From Macrostomum lignano (taxonomy: Eukaryota): a DNA stretch of 64,000 bases. The position numbers and the translations under genes were made by a program. The stretch spans positions 186,001 to 250,000 of the forward strand of contig NIVC01000740.1 in NCBI GenBank assembly GCA_002269645.1, read 5' to 3'. Numbering within the stretch: the first letter of the stretch is position 1; each line of letters starts with the position of its first letter. The notes beneath the pieces were generated by a model, which was not told the DNA's origin, did no database searches, and was given only the letters and a program-made list of their open reading frames with translations. Below, in pieces: positions 1 to 28,852 of this stretch.

Positions 1-285
1 ACTTTCTGCTTCCCAAGATGAAAACGTCTTGCACTGACTGAGCAGATGCTCAAAACAAATGATGGCGCAGCTGCCGCAGTTGCTTGACTACTAGTAATTA
101 TTCGATTCGAATCGGATCTGGCGAGTAATTGTCATAAATTAGATGTAGGAAATGGGAACTGATTTGAGTCTGCAACACCTGCCATCCGCACGTCCGACGA
201 AAATCCGGGTTGTTGTGCGACACTGGACAGCATTTGGCTGCTTTTTTGCAATCGTATCTTTGCAATTGTTGTAATGTATAACTCA

Positions 286-1420
286 CAGCTCAACAAAGTC
301 ACTCATAGCTCAGTGATGTCACACACAGCTCAACAAAGTCACTCATAGCTCAGTGATGTCACACACAGCTCAACAAAGTCACTCATAGCTCAGTGATGTC
401 ACACACAGCTCAACAAAGTCACTCATAGCTCAGTGATGTCACACACAGCTCAACAAAGTCACTCATAGCTCAGTGATGTCACACACAGCGCAGCGATGCG
501 ACTCACACCTCAGCAATGTCACTCACAGCTCAGTGATAAGAGTCACAGCTTAACAATGTCACTCACAGCTCAGTGATAAGAGTCACACCTCAGCAATGTC
601 ACTCACAGCTCAGTGATAAGAGTCACAGCTCTGCAATGTCACTCACAGCTCAGTGATAAGAGTCACACCTCAGCAATGTCACTCACAGCTCAGTGATAAG
701 AGTCACAGCTCTGCAATGTCACTCACAGCTCAGTGATAAGAGTCACACCTCAGCAATGTCACTCACAGCTCAGTGATAAGAGTCACACCTCAGCAATGTC
801 ACTCACAGCTCAGTGATAAGAGTCACACCTCAGCAATGTCACTCACAGCTCAGTGATAAGAGTCACAGCTCTGCAATGTCACTCACAGCTCAGTGATAAG
901 AGTCACACCTCAGCAATGTCACTCACAGCTCAGTGATAAGAGTCACAGCTCTGCAATGTCACTCACAGCTCAGTGATAAGAGTCACACCTCAGCAATGTC
1001 ACTCACAGCTCAGTGATAAGAGTCACACCTCAGCAATGTCACTCACAGCTCAGTGATAAGAGTCACAGCTCTGCAATGTCACTCACAGCTCAGTGATAAG
1101 AGTCACACCTCAGCAATGTCACTCACAGCTCAGTGATAAGAGTCACAGCTCTGCAATGTCACTCACAGCTCAGTGATAAGAGTCACACCTCAGCAATGTC
1201 ACTCACAGCTCAGTGATAAGAGTCACAGCTCTGCAATGTCACTCACAGCTCAGTGATAAGAGTCACACCTCAGCAATGTCACTCACAGCTCAGTGATAAG
1301 AGTCACAGCTCTGCAATATCACTCAGCTCAGTAATAAGAGTCACAGCTTAACAATGTCACTTACAGCTCAGTGATAAGAGTCACAGCTGTGCAATGTCAA
1401 TCACAGCTCAACAATGTCAC
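286..1420. repeat. Minisatellite built from ~20-bp subunits (60-bp then 40-bp higher-order units)
   Basis: ACTCACAGCTCAGTGATAAGAGTCACACCTCAGCAATGTC-type units repeated head to tail. Confidence 0.95.
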
Positions 1421-2030
1421 TCGAAAAATTGGCTGAGGCGAAAAACTATAGCTGTTTTTGTTAAATATCAATTAGCATGACTTGATTGACCAGGGTAAAG
1501 TATTGAAGTTTTATTGAAGTCAAACTGCCTGCTGGTTTCAGTAAAAAAAACATTTTTTTGTTGATCGATCAACGTACGGACGAACCAGGCGATCTCCCAT
1601 GTACACATGCAGTATCTCTTGAAACCACACAGAAAACCCTAATTTACAGGTAGTATTTAGTCAAAGCAGAAAGAATAAGCAAAGTTTTTGAACTAATACT
1701 ACTAAAAGTACGAGATGATTGCACGCTACTCTTGTGCAGCCCTTAAGAGCGTATAACCAGAATTAAAATGTAGCGAAGCGATGCTCAGCTGAAAGTTCGA
1801 TCGCCATGTCTATACAATGCATGCATTGCTGACAATCTCTGGCTGGGAGAGCGAGACTACGGCAGTGGTTCTGCTCGGATTCAGCTTGCGCTACTACGGC
1901 CGCTAATTAAATAGTTTCTGCTCTGTCAGCTTTTGTCCGGTCTTGAGCAAAGCCACGCTAGCCCGCTCCGTAAACTGAGTATAGACGTCATGCACAACAC
2001 AGCAGACTCGTTTTCGCACTTTCAATCTGT

Positions 2031-2822
2031 TCCCCAACCCCTTTCCCTAACGACCCCTTTCCCAAACTCTTCCCCAACCCCTTTCCCAAACTCTTCCTCA
2101 ACCCCTTTCCCAAACTCTTTTCCCCAACCCCTTTCCCAAACTCTTCCTCAACCCCTTTCCCAAACTCTTTTCCCCAAACTCTTCTCCAACCCCTTTCCCA
2201 AACTCTTCCTCAACCCCTTTCCCAAACTCTTTTCCCCAACCCCTTTCCCAAACTCTTTTCCCCAACCCCTTTCCCAAACTCTTTTCCCCAACCCCTTTCC
2301 CAAACTCTTTTCCCCAACCCCTTTCCCAAACTCTTTTCCCCAACCCCTTTCCCAAACTCTTCCTCAACCCCTTTCCCAAACTCTTTTCCCCAACCCCTTT
2401 CCCAAACTCTTCCTCAACCCCTTTCCCAAACTCTTTTCCCCAAACTCTTCTCCAACCCCTTTCCCAAACTCTTCCTCAACCCCTTTCCCAAACTCTTTTC
2501 CCCAACCCCTTTCCCAAACTCTTTTCCCCAACCCCTTTCCCTAACTCTTCTCCAACCCCTTTCCCAAACTCTTCCCCAACCCCTTTCCCAAACTCTTCCC
2601 CAACCCCTTTCCCAAACTCTTCCCCAACCCCTTTCCCAAACTCTTCCCCAACCCCTTTCCCAAACTCTTCCCCAACCCCTTTCCCAAACTCTTCCCCAAC
2701 CCGGCCCTTTCCCAAACTCTTCCCCAACCCCTTTCCAAACTCTTCCCCAACCCCTTTCCCAAACTCTTCCCCAACCCCTTTCCAAACTCTTCCCCAACCC
2801 CTTTCCCAAACTCTTTTCCCCA
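2031..2822. repeat. Pyrimidine-rich 23-26 bp minisatellite
   Basis: CCCCAACCCCTTTCCCAAACTCTT units; source of the low-complexity ORFs at 1933-2840. Confidence 0.95.
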
Positions 2823-2837
2823 ACTCCCCTCCCAATG

Positions 2838-3060
2838 CAATGCTCACAATTTCACAATCATCCTCTTCAGAAGGAAGTTTTGACCGGGGCAAATCTTCGA
2901 GGCTGAAATCTCTCTGGCGAAACCGAGCAAACCAATCTTGCGCAGTGCGTTCAGACACGGTACCAGCACCAGATGCACTGTTAATGCGGCGGCTCGACTC
3001 GGCTGCTTTGATGCCAAATGCATCCTTGGTACAATATAGTAGGATAGCCAAGAACAAAAT
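2838..3060 (-). mobile_element. Tc1/mariner transposase N-terminal HTH relic
   Basis: ILLYCTKDAFGIKAAESSRRINSASGAGTVSERTAQDWFARFRQRDFSLEDLPRS resembles the mariner (Mos1/SETMAR-type) HTH, consensus-like TVSERTVQRWFxRFRxGDFSLEDxPRSGRP; cut off by the adjacent minisatellite. Confidence 0.8.
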
Positions 3061-3403
3061 ATGCTTTTCGGCATGTACTAAGTAATACAGTGTAGGTAGA
3101 TAGGCAAATATTCATTTACATTAGTTAATATGCCACAACTGTTTTTCGCAGATCTAGCCATGCTTGAATGATTTTTTGGCTTTCCCAAGTAATTGAAGAC
3201 TTTTAATAATTTCGTTCAGAATTGATTTGCCTTCACAAAAATGCAGAAAATAACTTGCAACTTGCAATGCCACTGTACTAACAATGGATAACAATGGGTT
3301 TTTCAGTGAAGACCTACACCACCAACAACATCTGTGGTACGAGTATTAGAAGCAACTTCTTTGCTTTGCTTTTAGGAGCAACAAAATTATAGTTGCAGAA
3401 ATC

Positions 3404-3524
3404 GGATATAGCCCACTTTGGTAACAGACACTTCGGTAACAAAATATGTCCACTTCGGAAACAGAGACATAAAAGCTTGTCACGAATTCAGGACATTTCG
3501 TCAAATAGCGGGAAGTACATGTAG

Positions 3525-3556
<32 letters not shown>

Positions 3557-3923
3557 TTTTAAATTTAAATTTAAGTTACATGTTAAAAATTAGGGTGTAA
3601 AGAATTAAAATAAAAAAGCGTAAATGAATGAATATTAAACACGGTTTCTTTATCAATTAATATTTACGTGTTTTTTTCTTAGAAACAGTTCACTTTAAAC
3701 AAGAAGTATACTTCCTTTCCGATAATGATTTTACCAAGGCATCAAATTATTAGCGACTGACCTAGAATGTTTACTTCAATTTAAATTTGAAATCACCGCG
3801 TACGCATATCACACTAGGCCTATATTTGACGGAATGATCAAATGACTATTTGACGAAAAGCCTTGGAAAGAAAGTGGGCAGAGGCTGTTACCAAAGTGTC
3901 TGTCACCGAAGTGGGCTGTCCCC
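3404..3923. mobile_element. Non-autonomous DNA transposon (MULE-type MITE)
   Basis: ~38-bp imperfect TIRs (GGATATAGCCCACTTTGGTAACAGACACTTCGGTAACA / TGTTACCAAAGTGTCTGTCACCGAAGTGGGCTGTCCCC); 8-bp direct repeat CAGAAATC at 3396-3403 and 3924-3931. Confidence 0.8.
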
Positions 3924-3958
3924 CAGAAATCGATACGTACAAATTTTTACGTTGGAAA

Positions 3959-5646
3959 TTAAGATTTTCCAACGTCTTGTTTCAGCGTGACAGACAGATG
4001 AGCCGGCCAGGCGGGCTGGAGTCCTGGTCCAGATAGAAGTAGCCCAGCCGTTCGAACTGCAGGTGACGCTGATTGGCGGCAGCAGTCAGCAGGTAGCGGT
4101 CGGCCAGGGCGCAGGGCTTCACCGACAGAGAGTTCGGATTCATGGCCACTATGAGGCCTTCGGGATGCTCCTCTGGGTTCTTCATGGTGAGCAGCTGCTC
4201 GTATAGGCGGACATCCCCCTGGATTGGATATTGTGTGATAATTTTACTATCTATGGACACTAAACATACATAAACTACTTATTTAATTCAGTAGTCAGTA
4301 GCACGAGGATTTAATTTATAATCTTCACAATTAGGCCTGATTCCCACCTCTTACCTGAACGGGATCGGCCACCCAGTGCACGAAGCATTTCGGCTTGGCC
4401 GGCAGGCTGTCCAGCGGCTGACAGGCCACTCGCAGCTCAGACACTTGTCCGGCAGCGTCCCGGACAACCTGGCGCACAGCGATGGCCACATTGGCATGCT
4501 TCAGGCCGACTGGCTGGTCCTCGGTGAGCCGTTTGAACCCGGCGCCGGCGCCTGCTTTGCCGCCGTCGCGAAAATCTTCTCTTTCCAAGTAGAGCACGCC
4601 GGATGAGGCGGAGAAGCTGGCAATGGAATGCGAGCCCCGCTCCGGACTAGCCGGATAGTCCGGCACCGTCAGGACGGCCGCTTTGACGGCGTCCAGGCCT
4701 TCAACTATGGTGGCCTTCAACGGGTCGAGCACAACCATGGTGCGCGGCGCCGAGCTGTTGAGGATCTCCCTGGTGCAGGCGTCAAGGAGGCTGGGATCGA
4801 AGTAGGCTGATGCCATGGTGACGCCAACCTTGGCGACGAATAGGCTCACAGCCTCAGGCGGGAAACCGCGGCGGCGCAGCGCTGTGAGGGTGAACAGCCT
4901 GGGATCGTCCCAGTCAGCTACAGCCTTCTTTTGCACCAGGTTGAGAATCTTCCGCTTGGACATGACCGTGTTGCAGACGTTGAGGCGGCCGTACTCCCAC
5001 TGCACCGGGCAGTACAGGTCCAGCGCGTTGCACAGCCAGTAATAGGAGGAGCGGCGGTTCTGGAACTCCTGCGATTGATGTTCACAGATGGGATGAGAAT
5101 TGTTTTGCGCTGTTGCTATGCGATGCATAATTAGATAACAGCAGCCAGATGAGGATCATCGAGGGAACATCAAACAGATGAGGGATCATGGGGCATGGCA
5201 TTACAGCTTGAGAATCCTGGGGGTGAGGGGGGTAGCGATAGCCTCCAACGCTGCCATAGTCTCAACTTGGTGCACAGAGAGTGAGTAATGTTCTCAATGG
5301 AGTCGCACAGGCAGTGAATGTAGTCATAGGTGGGATAGATGCACCACTTGCTGCCAGTCCGGTGGTGCCGGGCATATTTGATCCTGTACGCCACGGGGTC
5401 CTGCTTGGAGTCCTCCATAGTGAGCCGCATTCTCAGGCAGGCCTCGCCCTCGGCGCACATGCCGGCCCGCATCGCCCTGAACAGCTGCAGCGACTCCTCG
5501 GCTGGCCGATCTCGCCAAGGCGACGGCGGCGGGTTGTGGCCCTTCAGCTGGTCGGGCGACTGATGGCTCACGTAGGCCTTGCCGCGCATGATGAGGCTCT
5601 CCGCCCATTCGTACAGCTGGTCAAAGTTGTCCGACGCGTACGTCAC
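3959..5646 (-). pseudogene. QARS1: Glutaminyl-tRNA synthetase, 3' part only (3 exons: ~5646-5263, 5069-4355, 4218-3959); probable pseudogene
   Basis: Motifs [52 protein letters not shown]. The first donor is 1 nt out of phase, a frameshift separates RLI from TVTLKQDVGKS*, and no HIGH-motif exons are found upstream. Confidence 0.75.
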
Positions 5647-5689
5647 CTGGTTGATAGACAGGATTTGGGGGCTTGGAGTTGGGCATTAG

Positions 5690-6668
5690 AGTGACGAGAA
5701 TAGTAGGTTTGGGACCGGAGTGACGAGAACAGTAAATTTAGGATCGGAGTGACAAGAACAGTAAATTTAGGATCGGAGTGACGAGAACATTAAATTTAGA
5801 ATCGGAGTGACAAGAACAGTGAATTTAGGATCGGAGTGACGAGAACAGTGAATTTAGGATCGGAGTGACAAGAACAGTGGATTTAGGATCGGAGTGACAA
5901 GAACAGTAAATTTAGGATCGGAGTGACAAAAACGGTGAATTTAGGATCTGAGTGACGAGAACAGGAATTTAGAATCCGAGTGACAAAAAACGGTGAATTT
6001 AGGATCGGAGTGACAAGAACAGTGAATTCAGAATCCGAGTGACAAAAACAGTGAATTTAGGTTCGGAGTGACAAGAACAGTGAATTTAGGATCGGAGTGA
6101 CGAGAACAGTGAATTTAGGATCGGAGCGACAAGAACAGTGGATTTAGGATCGGAGTGACAAGAACAGTAAATTTAGGATCGGAGTGACAAAAACGGTGAA
6201 TTTAGAATCCGAGTGACGAGAACAGTGAATTTAGGATCGGAGTGACGAGAACATTAAATTTAGAATCGGAGTGACAAGAACAGTAAATTTAGGATCCGAG
6301 TGACGAGAACAGTGAATTTAGGATCCGAGTGACAAAAACGGTGAATTTAGGATCGGAGTGACGAGAACAGTGAATTTAGGATCGGAGTGACGAGAACATT
6401 AAATTTAGAATCGGAGTGACAAGAACAGTAAATTTAGGATCCGAGTGACAAAAACGGTGAATTTAGGATCGGAGTGACAAGAACAGTGAATTTAGAATCC
6501 GAGTGACAAGAACAGTGAATTTAGAATCCGAGTGACGAGAACAGTGAATTTAGGATCCGAGTGACAAGAACAGTGAATTTAGAATCCGAGTGACAAGAAC
6601 AGTGAATTTAGAATCCGAGTGACGAGAACAGTGAATTTAGGATCCGAGTGACAAGAACAGTGAATTTA
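5690..6668. repeat. 29-bp minisatellite
   Basis: GAACAGTGAATTTAGGATCGGAGTGACAA units. Confidence 0.95.
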
Positions 6669-6848
6669 GAGCTAGAATTTTCATAAATACTCGTTGATGC
6701 ATCGATGATCAACTTGCTGCCTGTTTAATTACGTAAATCAACCACTATTTATTTGTTTATTTATTCAATGTTTGCAATGATGCATCAACTTGCTGCCTTA
6801 ATTAGGTAAATCAATCACCTTTATTTAATAATTGTTTGTAATGAGTAT

Positions 6849-9800
6849 TGAAGCGCATAGTTATTTATACATAACGAGAATAGGGAGGTGTGAGTCAGAT
6901 CGAACTGGATGGCTGGGCAAAACTCCCCAGCAGCTAGGCGTGCAGGGGCAGTGGCGGCGCAGGGGGGGGGGCTGCAGCCCTCGGGTGGCCACCGGGCAGG
7001 GGGGTGACCACCGGGCAGGGGGGTGACCACCGGGCAGGGGGGTGACCACCGGGCAGGGGGTGACCACCGGGCAGGGGGGTGACCACCGGGCAGGGGGGTG
7101 ATCACCGGGCAGGGGGGTGATCACCGGGCAGGGGGTGATCACCGGGCAGGGGGGGGTGATCACCGGGCAGGGGGGTGACCACCCTTTAACAAAAAATTCT
7201 GAAAGCATGCGCAAGGCAACGAGTTTTGCCAAATGCCAGGGATAGGGGGCCATAGTTCGGATTGTGTATTAGTGTACGCCTCGTTTCTGGTGTCGCGGCG
7301 CACCGAATGACCTTTTTTGGTCCTTCCTTCTGTCTACTAGGGGGCAGGGGGGTGCCTCCACGGTGCAGGGGCCTGTGTACAGGTGGGCCCCGCTCTCAGC
7401 CGTGCACCAGTCTGGCCGCCACAGAGCTCCCCGCAGCACCGAGCTATTCAGCCAAGGCCGCCGGGCTCGGACGGCACTGGCGGGGCGGCAGTAGGCGGTT
7501 GGGGAAAGCAGCAGTGCGTTGGGCCGCCGGCGGAATGTCGCCAGCTGAAGAGGCGGGGTCGGCGGCAGTGCGCTGGGGGCGGCTCAGCGGGCAGCCGTGG
7601 CGGGCGGTTTCTCGGTCGCAAAGCCGGCGTCGGGACAGGGTCGTCCGCGTCGATGACGGCTGGTTTCAGCCTCTCCACTGACACCCGGTCGCGGCGAGTG
7701 CCCAGGTCCAGCAGGAAAGCTTTGGCGTCCCGCTCGAGGACCTTGAACGGGCCGTCGTAAGGTCGCTGCAGTGGGGGGCGGTGGCCGTCGCGCCGGATGA
7801 AAACGAACTGGCAGGCGTCGAGGGCGGCGGGCCAGGCGGTGGGGCGGCTGCCGTGACGGGACGTCGGCGACGGCCGGAATGCCTGGACGGCACCGCGGAG
7901 CCGGGTGAGGAACTGGTCGTGGTCGCCGGCCGGCGGGCTGGGCTGCAGGCATTGCAGGCACGCAGAGGGGCGCACCGTAGACCAGCTCGGCTGACGAAAC
8001 CGGCAGGTCCTCCTTGGGGGCCGTCCGGATGCCGAGCAGCACCCAGGGCAGCTCGCTGACCCAGGCTGGTCCGGCCAGTCGCGCCATGAGGGAGGCCTTC
8101 AGCTGTCGGTGGAAACGCTCGACCAGCCCGTTCGCCTGCGGATGGAAGGCCGTTGTCCGGTGTAGCTGCATTCGGAGGAGTCGTGAGACATTCGACCACA
8201 GCTGCGACGTGAATTGCGAGCCGCGGTCCGAGGTGATGTCGCTTGGCACGCCGAACCTGGCGATCCAATGGGCGATGAAGGCTGAAGCGCACGCGGACGC
8301 GGAGGTGTCGGTCATCGGGATCGCCTCCGGCCACCGGGTGAAACGGTCCACGATGGTCAGCAGGTGCGTGAAGCCTTGCGAAGGCGGCAGCGGCCCCACC
8401 AGGTCGACGTGCACGTGGGCGAAGCGCTGGTCCGGGACGCGGATGTTGCCAACTGGGGCGGCGACATGCCGCTGCACCTTGGCCGTCTGGCAGGCGACAC
8501 AGGACCGAGCCCACCGGCTGACGTCCTTGTTCATGCCGGCCCACACGAACTTGGCGGCCACGAGGCGCCGCGTGCTCCGTACGGACGGGTGGGCGAGGCC
8601 GAGGATGGCGTCGGAGAGGGGGCGTCGGAAATTCGGCGGCACCAATGGGCGCAGCCGGCCCGTGGAGATGTCGCAGAGCAGGGCGACTCCAGGGCTGAGC
8701 TGCAGCGGCTCGAGCTGGAGGCTGGCATCGGCCTGGCTGGCCGATCGGCCGCCTGCGCCATGGCCGCGAAATCCACGCCGGGGAGCAGCCTGGCCTGCAC
8801 CGAAGAGACCTTGCAGCGGGACAGCGCGTCTGCGACCGAGTTGTCCTTGCCCGCCACGTGCTGGATGTCCGTGGTGAACTCGGATACGTGGGCCAGGTGG
8901 CGCTGCTGCCGGGCGGACCACGGGTCGGACATCTTGGACATGGCGGCGACCAGCGGCTTGTGGTCCGTGAAAGCGGTGAATGCGCGGCCCTCGAGGAAAT
9001 AGCGAAAGTGCCGGACCGCCAGGTACAGGGCGAGCAGCTCCCGATCGAAGGCGCTGTACTTCTGTTCGGGCGGGCGGAGCTGCCGGCTGAAGAAGGCGAG
9101 CGGCTGCCAGGCGCTGCCAACCCGCTGCTCGGGCGCCGCGCCGACTGCGGTATCGGAGGCGTCGACGTTGAGGGTGAGGGGCGCGTCTGGCCGCGGGTGC
9201 GCCAGCATGGCGGCGGAGGCCAGCGCCCGCTTTGCTCTGTCGAAAGCGGCGGTCAGCTCGGGCGTCCACCGGACGAACTTCTCCTTGCCGGCCATGGCCG
9301 CATGGATGGGGCGCAGCAGCTGGGCGGCGCGCGGCACGTGGCGGTGGTAGAAATTCACCATGCCGGCGAACTCCTGCAGGCCCTTGACGGTGGCTGGTGG
9401 TGCGAACATGGCGATGGCGTCGACTTTGGTGGGCAGCGGCACGGCTCCCTGGGCGCTGATCCAGTGGCCGAGGAAGTCGATCTCGCTGCGGCCGAACTCG
9501 CACTTGGCCGGGTTGACGATAAGGCCGTTGTCGGCCAGGCGCTGGAACAGCGTCCGCAGGTGCTCCATGTGCTGCTGCCGGCTTTGGTTAGCGACCAAGA
9601 AGTCGTCGATGTAGGCGAAGACGAAGTCCAGGTCTTGGAAGATGGAGTCCACCAGCCGCTGGAAGGCCTGGGCAGCGTTCTTGAGGCCGAACGGCATTCG
9701 CAGGAATTCGAAGAGGCCGAACGGGGTAGTGACGGCTGTCTTGGGCACGTCAACTGTGGCCACAGGCACCTGATGGTAGCCACGGACGAGATCGATCTTG

Positions 9801-11498
9801 GAGAAGGCGCGCTGAGAAGTCCTGGATGTGCGGCACGGGGTAGCGGTCGGGCACCGTGGCGTCGTTGAGCCGCCTGAAATCGCCACAGGGACGCCAGCCG
9901 CCCGAGGCCTTTGGCACCATGTGCAGCGGCGAGGACCAAGTGCTGTTGATCCGGCGAACGATGCCGAGCTGCTCCAGGAGCCGGAACTCCTCCTTGGCCA
10001 CCGCCAGCTTGTCCGGCGGCAGGCGGCGAGGGCGGGCGTGGACCGGCGGGCCCTGCGTCGGGATGTGGAGCTCCACCCCGTGTCGTGGCTCAGCCCGCTG
10101 GAAACTGGGCTCGGTGAGGGCAGGGAACTCGGCCAACAGCTGGCTGTACGGGTCCTCAGCGGTGGCTGCGGCGAGCTGCAGTCCGGGCCCCGCGCCGTCC
10201 AGCAGGTGCACGCTGGCGAGCGAGCGGGCGTCCAGGAGGCGCCGGTGCGGCAGGTCCACCAGCAGGCCGTGGTGCCGCAGAAAGTCGGCGCCGATCAGCG
10301 GGCGGGAGACCTCGGCTAGTATGAACGGCCAGGAGCAGCACCGGATGCCGAGGTCCAACGTGAGCTGGCGGGTGCCGAAGGTGCGGATCAGGCTGCCGTT
10401 GGCTGCGAAAAGCGGCGGGCCTGGCGAGTGCAGGCGGGCGTCGGAACCGGCGACGGGGAAAATGCTGACCTCGGCGCCGGTGTCGACCAGGAAGCGCCAG
10501 CCTGTCTGCACATCCGGGATGAGGAGCAGGCTGCTGCTGTTGCCGGCCGTCGAGCTGTTCACTGACGGCCGGCCTGCCCGTTTCCCTGGAAGCTGTACGG
10601 GGGCTCGCAGCGGCGGGCCTTCGCACCGAAGCGACGGTGAAAGAAACACAGGCCGTCGTCCGGGCGGTGTTGCCGAAGCCGGCTCTGTCTGGCGCCCTTG
10701 CTGGCCGCAGAGACCGCCGGCTGGGCTTGCTGGACTGGGTCTGCCGCCGGCTGCTGGACGGAGGCCGCGACCAGCTGCGGCCGCCGGCCGGCTGGCCCAG
10801 AGCTTGTCCACCTGCTGCGCTGCTGCCCGGGGGTCCGCGAAACTGACGGTTGTCATGGCCATGCGTACCTCCGGTGGCAGCTGTGGCAGCTCCTCGAACA
10901 GCAGGCAGGGGCGGTGTGGTTCCCCAGCAGGGCGAGCATCTCGTCCATCAGCTCGGACGGCAGCCGGTCGTCGAGGCCGGACATGCTGAGCAGGCGGCTG
11001 GCCCGCTGCTGAGGAGTCAAATCGAAAGTGCTGTTGAGGCGCTCCTTTAGCTGAGCGTACTTGTTCGCATCCGGAAGATCCTCGAGCACATCGAACAGGC
11101 GCTCTGCTGTCTGCTGGTCAAGAGCTGCGACGACCAGATGGGCGTACTATATCGTCCTTGAGTGATGCCTCTCGGGGTAACTGAGCTTTGGCCTGGATGA
11201 ACCAGGCTCGAGGCTGGGCCGCCCAAAACGTGGGCAGCTTCAGGAGGGACACAGCAGAGTCGGTTTGTTGGGCCATTGCACGAAATGGCTGCGTAGGGCT
11301 CACCAATGAAGCGCGGCTTGCGAGTTGTAGCTAAGCGAGCAAAAAGAGCTTGTGATATTTTTTCAGCATAGTTATTTATACATAACGAGAATAGGGAGGT
11401 GTGAGTCAGATCGAACTGGCTAGCTGGGCAAAACTCCCCAGCAGCCAGACGTGCAGGGGTCTGTGCAGTGTACAGGCGGGCCCCGCTCTCTCAGCCGT
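6849..11498 (-). mobile_element. Gypsy/Ty3 LTR retrotransposon, frameshifted
   Basis: gag (AVSLLKLPTFW), protease ([10 protein letters not shown]), RT (PFGLKNA, YIDD), RNase H (VDASD, YSAFDRELLA), integrase (HVDLVGPLP, SDRGSQF, NGLVERFHRQLK, GPF); matching LTRs at 6849-7423 and 11307-11498; PBS TTGGTGAGCCC next to 11306; several frameshifts. Confidence 0.95.
6949..7362. mobile_element. ~414-bp insertion inside the 3' LTR, containing a G-rich 19-bp tandem repeat
   Basis: Absent from the other LTR; flanked by GTGCAGGGG at 6940-6948 and 7363-7371; starts CAGTGGCGGCGCAGGGGGGGGG like hAT-type MITE ends. Confidence 0.65.
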
Positions 11499-12274
11499 TG
11501 AATTTGATTGATTAAAAATTTCTAAGCTTAATTTTAAGTTCAAACTAAACTCGAATTAATTCGGTTGAAGATTTTAAGCAGTGTCCTTTTTATTTAGGAT
11601 TTGATAGAGAATGCGGTAGTCGTGCGAAATTTTTGTGAATACCAAAAATATCCACTTTTGTACATGTATGCAATACACAAACACAAAATATGCAAAAAGA
11701 TGAAATACCAAGCTGGTAATAATTTGATTAGAACGTAAATTCATTTTACATATGCATAGACAAAACTCTAAAAATCAGAAATTGCTATCGTACTGAAAGT
11801 GGAATAGAAAACAGATTTTTATAACTAAAATCATATACCAGCTGTGAGAAAGTATATACTCGTAGTAAAGCGACAAAAATATTAGAAAGCCCTTAAAACA
11901 GTATTTTTGTGCTCGAACATGAGCAAAAAATTGCAGAGTAAGACTGAAGAAGAGGCATAGGGATTTTCCTCTGCATTTTTTCCTTTTAGAGCAAAATCGG
12001 CAGAAAAAGACCTGGTTCTCAAATGTGCAGCAAAATCTGCAATCCGTAATTCCCAGAAACGAGACTAAAGCGTAATGTTACTTTACGCGAAAATTTAAAA
12101 GGTTTTTTCCTTGCTTGCTCAAATTTCGAAAACTTAATTCTCGTCTCGGCGGCTTGCTCGCACAACCCGGAACAGGAAACTAGCCGCACGATCAGCGGGA
12201 ATAAAATTGCGGGAGGGGATTAGCTCATTTGTTAGTTAGTAATTTACGGTTTACAGCCGTGATCTAAAGTGGTC

Positions 12275-28026
<15,752 letters not shown>

Positions 28027-28734
28027 TCTAAATTTAACTGACAATAATAAATAATAAATTAAATACATATCCGCCGCATACTACTGCTGCTGCGCGAGAC
28101 TACTGCTGAACAAAAATTCTGGTAAAACGTCTGCAAGCGATTTCATTCAATCAATACTGAACTCGGGTTCGCAGTCGGACACACTGATTAGAGCCATTCC
28201 TGTATTGCTCATTGATTTCTTGATCAGAGCTCCCTGCCTCTGCACTCCCACTAATCACTGCATAATGCTTTATACACCTCTGCCCCAGCCAGGTGCAATC
28301 CGACTTCCTTTTTGGTCCGTTTTTTTGCTGTCTTCAAGTCTGTCCCCAGTCTGATTCGCAATTTTGGTTTTTTTAGTTTTGTTATAATTGAAAATTTTAT
28401 AAATTGATTATTTTGAGTCAATTCTGTGCAGTAGAAGTGTGTTTTTAACTGATTAGCGCTTTCTTATCTGAGTGATTCTTCCCCAGTAATCCCCTTCAAT
28501 TGGTGCTTTGAAATTCATTTATTCACTGTTTTGTACCTGATTACTATTAGTAATATTTTTATTAATTTGTTACTTTTTCCGCACGGACTGTTTAGTGGAC
28601 ATATATTAAATAATAATGATGATGATAATAGCAACAAATGTTCGCAGGCTCAGGTGCCAATGGACTTATCGACTCATTCATTTATTATCTGAAAGGTTTT
28701 TCCGGCTCTCATCGAAGGTCATGAAGAATTGAAC

Positions 28735-28852
28735 TTTGAGGAAAGCCAGGAAAACGAAAGCAAAATCGAACATTCGCATTTAGGACCCCAAAATTATTAA
28801 AGAAAAAATGCGAATGTTTGTTTTTGCTTTCGTTTTCCTGGCTTTCCTCAAA
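28735..28852. other. Long inverted repeat / hairpin downstream of CLTC
   Basis: TTTGAGGAAAGCCAGGAAAACGAAAGCAAAA..AACATTCGCATTT pairs with AAATGCGAATGTT..TTTTGCTTTCGTTTTCCTGGCTTTCCTCAAA. Confidence 0.85.

Noticed and set aside
1933-2840. Long low-complexity ORFs here and at 18786-19394, 19844-20419, 23807-24908, 25336-26585, 58197-59873, 61246-61757
   Set aside because: They are translations of stop-free tandem repeats, not proteins.
7262-11089. Many overlapping plus-strand ORFs in the Gypsy element
   Set aside because: Expected in very GC-rich coding DNA; no recognisable domains.
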